A stretch of 64,000 bases of DNA from Bispira polyomma (Eukaryota), in the NCBI GenBank assembly GCA_965649765.1, contig OZ287754.1, positions 51,522,001 through 51,586,000 on the forward strand, in the 5' to 3' direction. Below the pieces are notes generated by a model. That model saw only the letters and a program-made list of their open reading frames with translations. It was not told where the DNA came from and did not search any database. This document shows, piece by piece, positions 62,341 through 64,000 of this stretch (position 1 is the first letter of the stretch; every line of letters starts with the position of its first letter). Both the position numbers and the translations under genes were made by a program.

Positions 62341-63142
62341 GTAAAAATATACATTCTAACATGACACAGCTGTGTCAGGAATCATGATTGGCCGAAAAGA
62401 TTGATTGGCTTTGGTAAAGATTACTACCTACACATGGGCTGTTTTCGTCTGTAGGATGAATGCCCAGAGGGAAATAATTGCTCCAAAAAATATGATATTC
62501 CACTAAACACAACAGGATTTACTAAATTATCTATTTCGTCATGTTAGAATCTGAATTATTTGTACCACTCTTAGAGAGTAGAAACACTTAAGCTTCACCT
62601 GTTACTGTGCCTCAAATCATGGGAAAAAATAATGTATATCTGGGTTTGTTGGGTGTTAGTCCTTAAATAATGTCATCTAGAAAAAGATATAGAACTATGT
62701 GGCCTGATGGTTCGGGACTTGATTTGCTGATCAGCGCTTCAGTGAAAGTTTACACTCATCACATGAGGAATGTCTTGATTGGACCTTTTTACAACCTGTC
62801 ACATGACAGTTATTACCCTGTCCATAAAAGACTATATTTCAGTAAAAGAACTTTCTGTTAAAGAAAGTTCATAAATACATTTCACCTCACAGTTATAAGA
62901 CTGGTCATAAGATTACATTTCAGTGACATTTTAGTTCCAAGAAGCTCATGTTAATGTCATGTTACAATTTGATCCCATTTTGAAATTGAATTTAGGAGTA
63001 AGGACATACACATAACAAGAGACTGCATTCGCCTAGTGTTTAGAAGCACCTCTTTACAATCATTGGTTTCTTACCAATGTTGGCTCGATTCCTCTTTGTT
63101 CTGTTATGTGGGAAAGTTTGTAAGGGTACTTGCCGTAGGTAA

Positions 63143-64000
63143 TTTTTTTTTTTTTAATTTTTAATATTTTATTTTGCATAACAAGACAAGTAGTACAATT
63201 CTTACAATGTTACATTCATAGTTTTACACACAAAACAAATAAAGACACAGATATATAAACCAAGACAGAGATATATCAGTCTTAGCTGATCAACAAGTAT
63301 TAAAGTAACGCAGAAACTATGCTACTCTCTCATTAATAATTCAGAATAAGTTAATATAGGTGAATCTAATTTCTGAGGTGTCATTCTTTCTAAGCTAAGA
63401 AAGCTAAGATATACCTTCATTTTTTATTTTCATTGCATTCAAACAGGTGGTGTGAGACAGTATCAAAACTTCAACAGAAGATATATTCTGGGGAGTCTTT
63501 AATTCCCCTCGTTAAAAAGATTATAATTAGTTAATAATTCTGTGTAATACTTTGTACTGAAAGCTCTGCGTGTTAGTTTTTTTATCACTTTAACTGTAAC
63601 CATAAAAGTGTCATTATAGTTATGTCTTTCTAAAAAGAGGTATAGGTTTATCCAAGTTTCTATTGACGTTGGTGGTTTAGAATGTAATCTTATTAGATCA
63701 TTATATATTATCTTTGATGTGAGATTGAAAAGTGGCACTAGGTTGTTATTAACCTTAACTTGAAATCAATCAGTCCACGGATTTACAGGTATAACAACAG
63801 TTTATAATGGTTTTTGTTTCTACTTCTTGGAATCAAGCTGATGATAGAATTGTTTGTCATTTGACTTATCTTTGCATTTAATTTCAGATTTAGATTATTT
63901 CTCTTTAAAATTTTGCCATTGCTAGCTAAAATATCTATGATTTTGATATTGTACCCAAGTTTGTTTGTAAACTGATTTAAGGAAATCTTTGCTATGGTTA
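63143..64000 (-). mobile_element. L1/Tx1-clade LINE 3' end with poly(A), inserted into a SINE
   Basis: Decayed ORF2 C-terminus (TSKIIYNDLI...PPTSIETW, FQYKILHRII, DTVSHHLFEC in shifting frames); AATAAA and an A-tail on the minus strand near 63143-63175. Confidence 0.75.

Overview
AT-rich, intron- and repeat-rich animal DNA, most likely a marine invertebrate; the species cannot be determined from sequence alone. Left to right: (1) the 5' half of a fatty acyl-CoA reductase gene on the minus strand (4 coding exons, running off the left edge); (2) two tandem galactose-3-O-sulfotransferase-like genes, the first intronless and lacking the PAPS-binding motif residues, the second two-exon with intact motifs; (3) a single-exon Toll-like receptor with a large ectodomain insert; (4) a ~10.8 kb Ngaro-type tyrosine-recombinase (YR) retrotransposon on the minus strand with split direct repeats, containing a second, divergent Ngaro element in the opposite orientation, plus remnants of a third; (5) at least 18 coding exons of a multi-C-type-lectin (mannose-receptor-like) gene running off the right edge, with SINEs, L2 and L1/Tx1 fragments and MITEs in its introns. 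Main observations: both Ngaro elements carry a phase-matched splice donor inside gag and a splice acceptor directly before the ATG-less YR ORF, predicting a spliced Gag-YR fusion; a GC-rich, G.U-biased RNA structure lies between the 3' split repeats; a PAN/Apple-like domain is inserted inside the first lectin domain as a skippable two-exon cassette; and an apparent pseudo-sulfotransferase is kept intact next to a paralog with intact motifs. All exon models and alignments were derived by eye, with no database searches.
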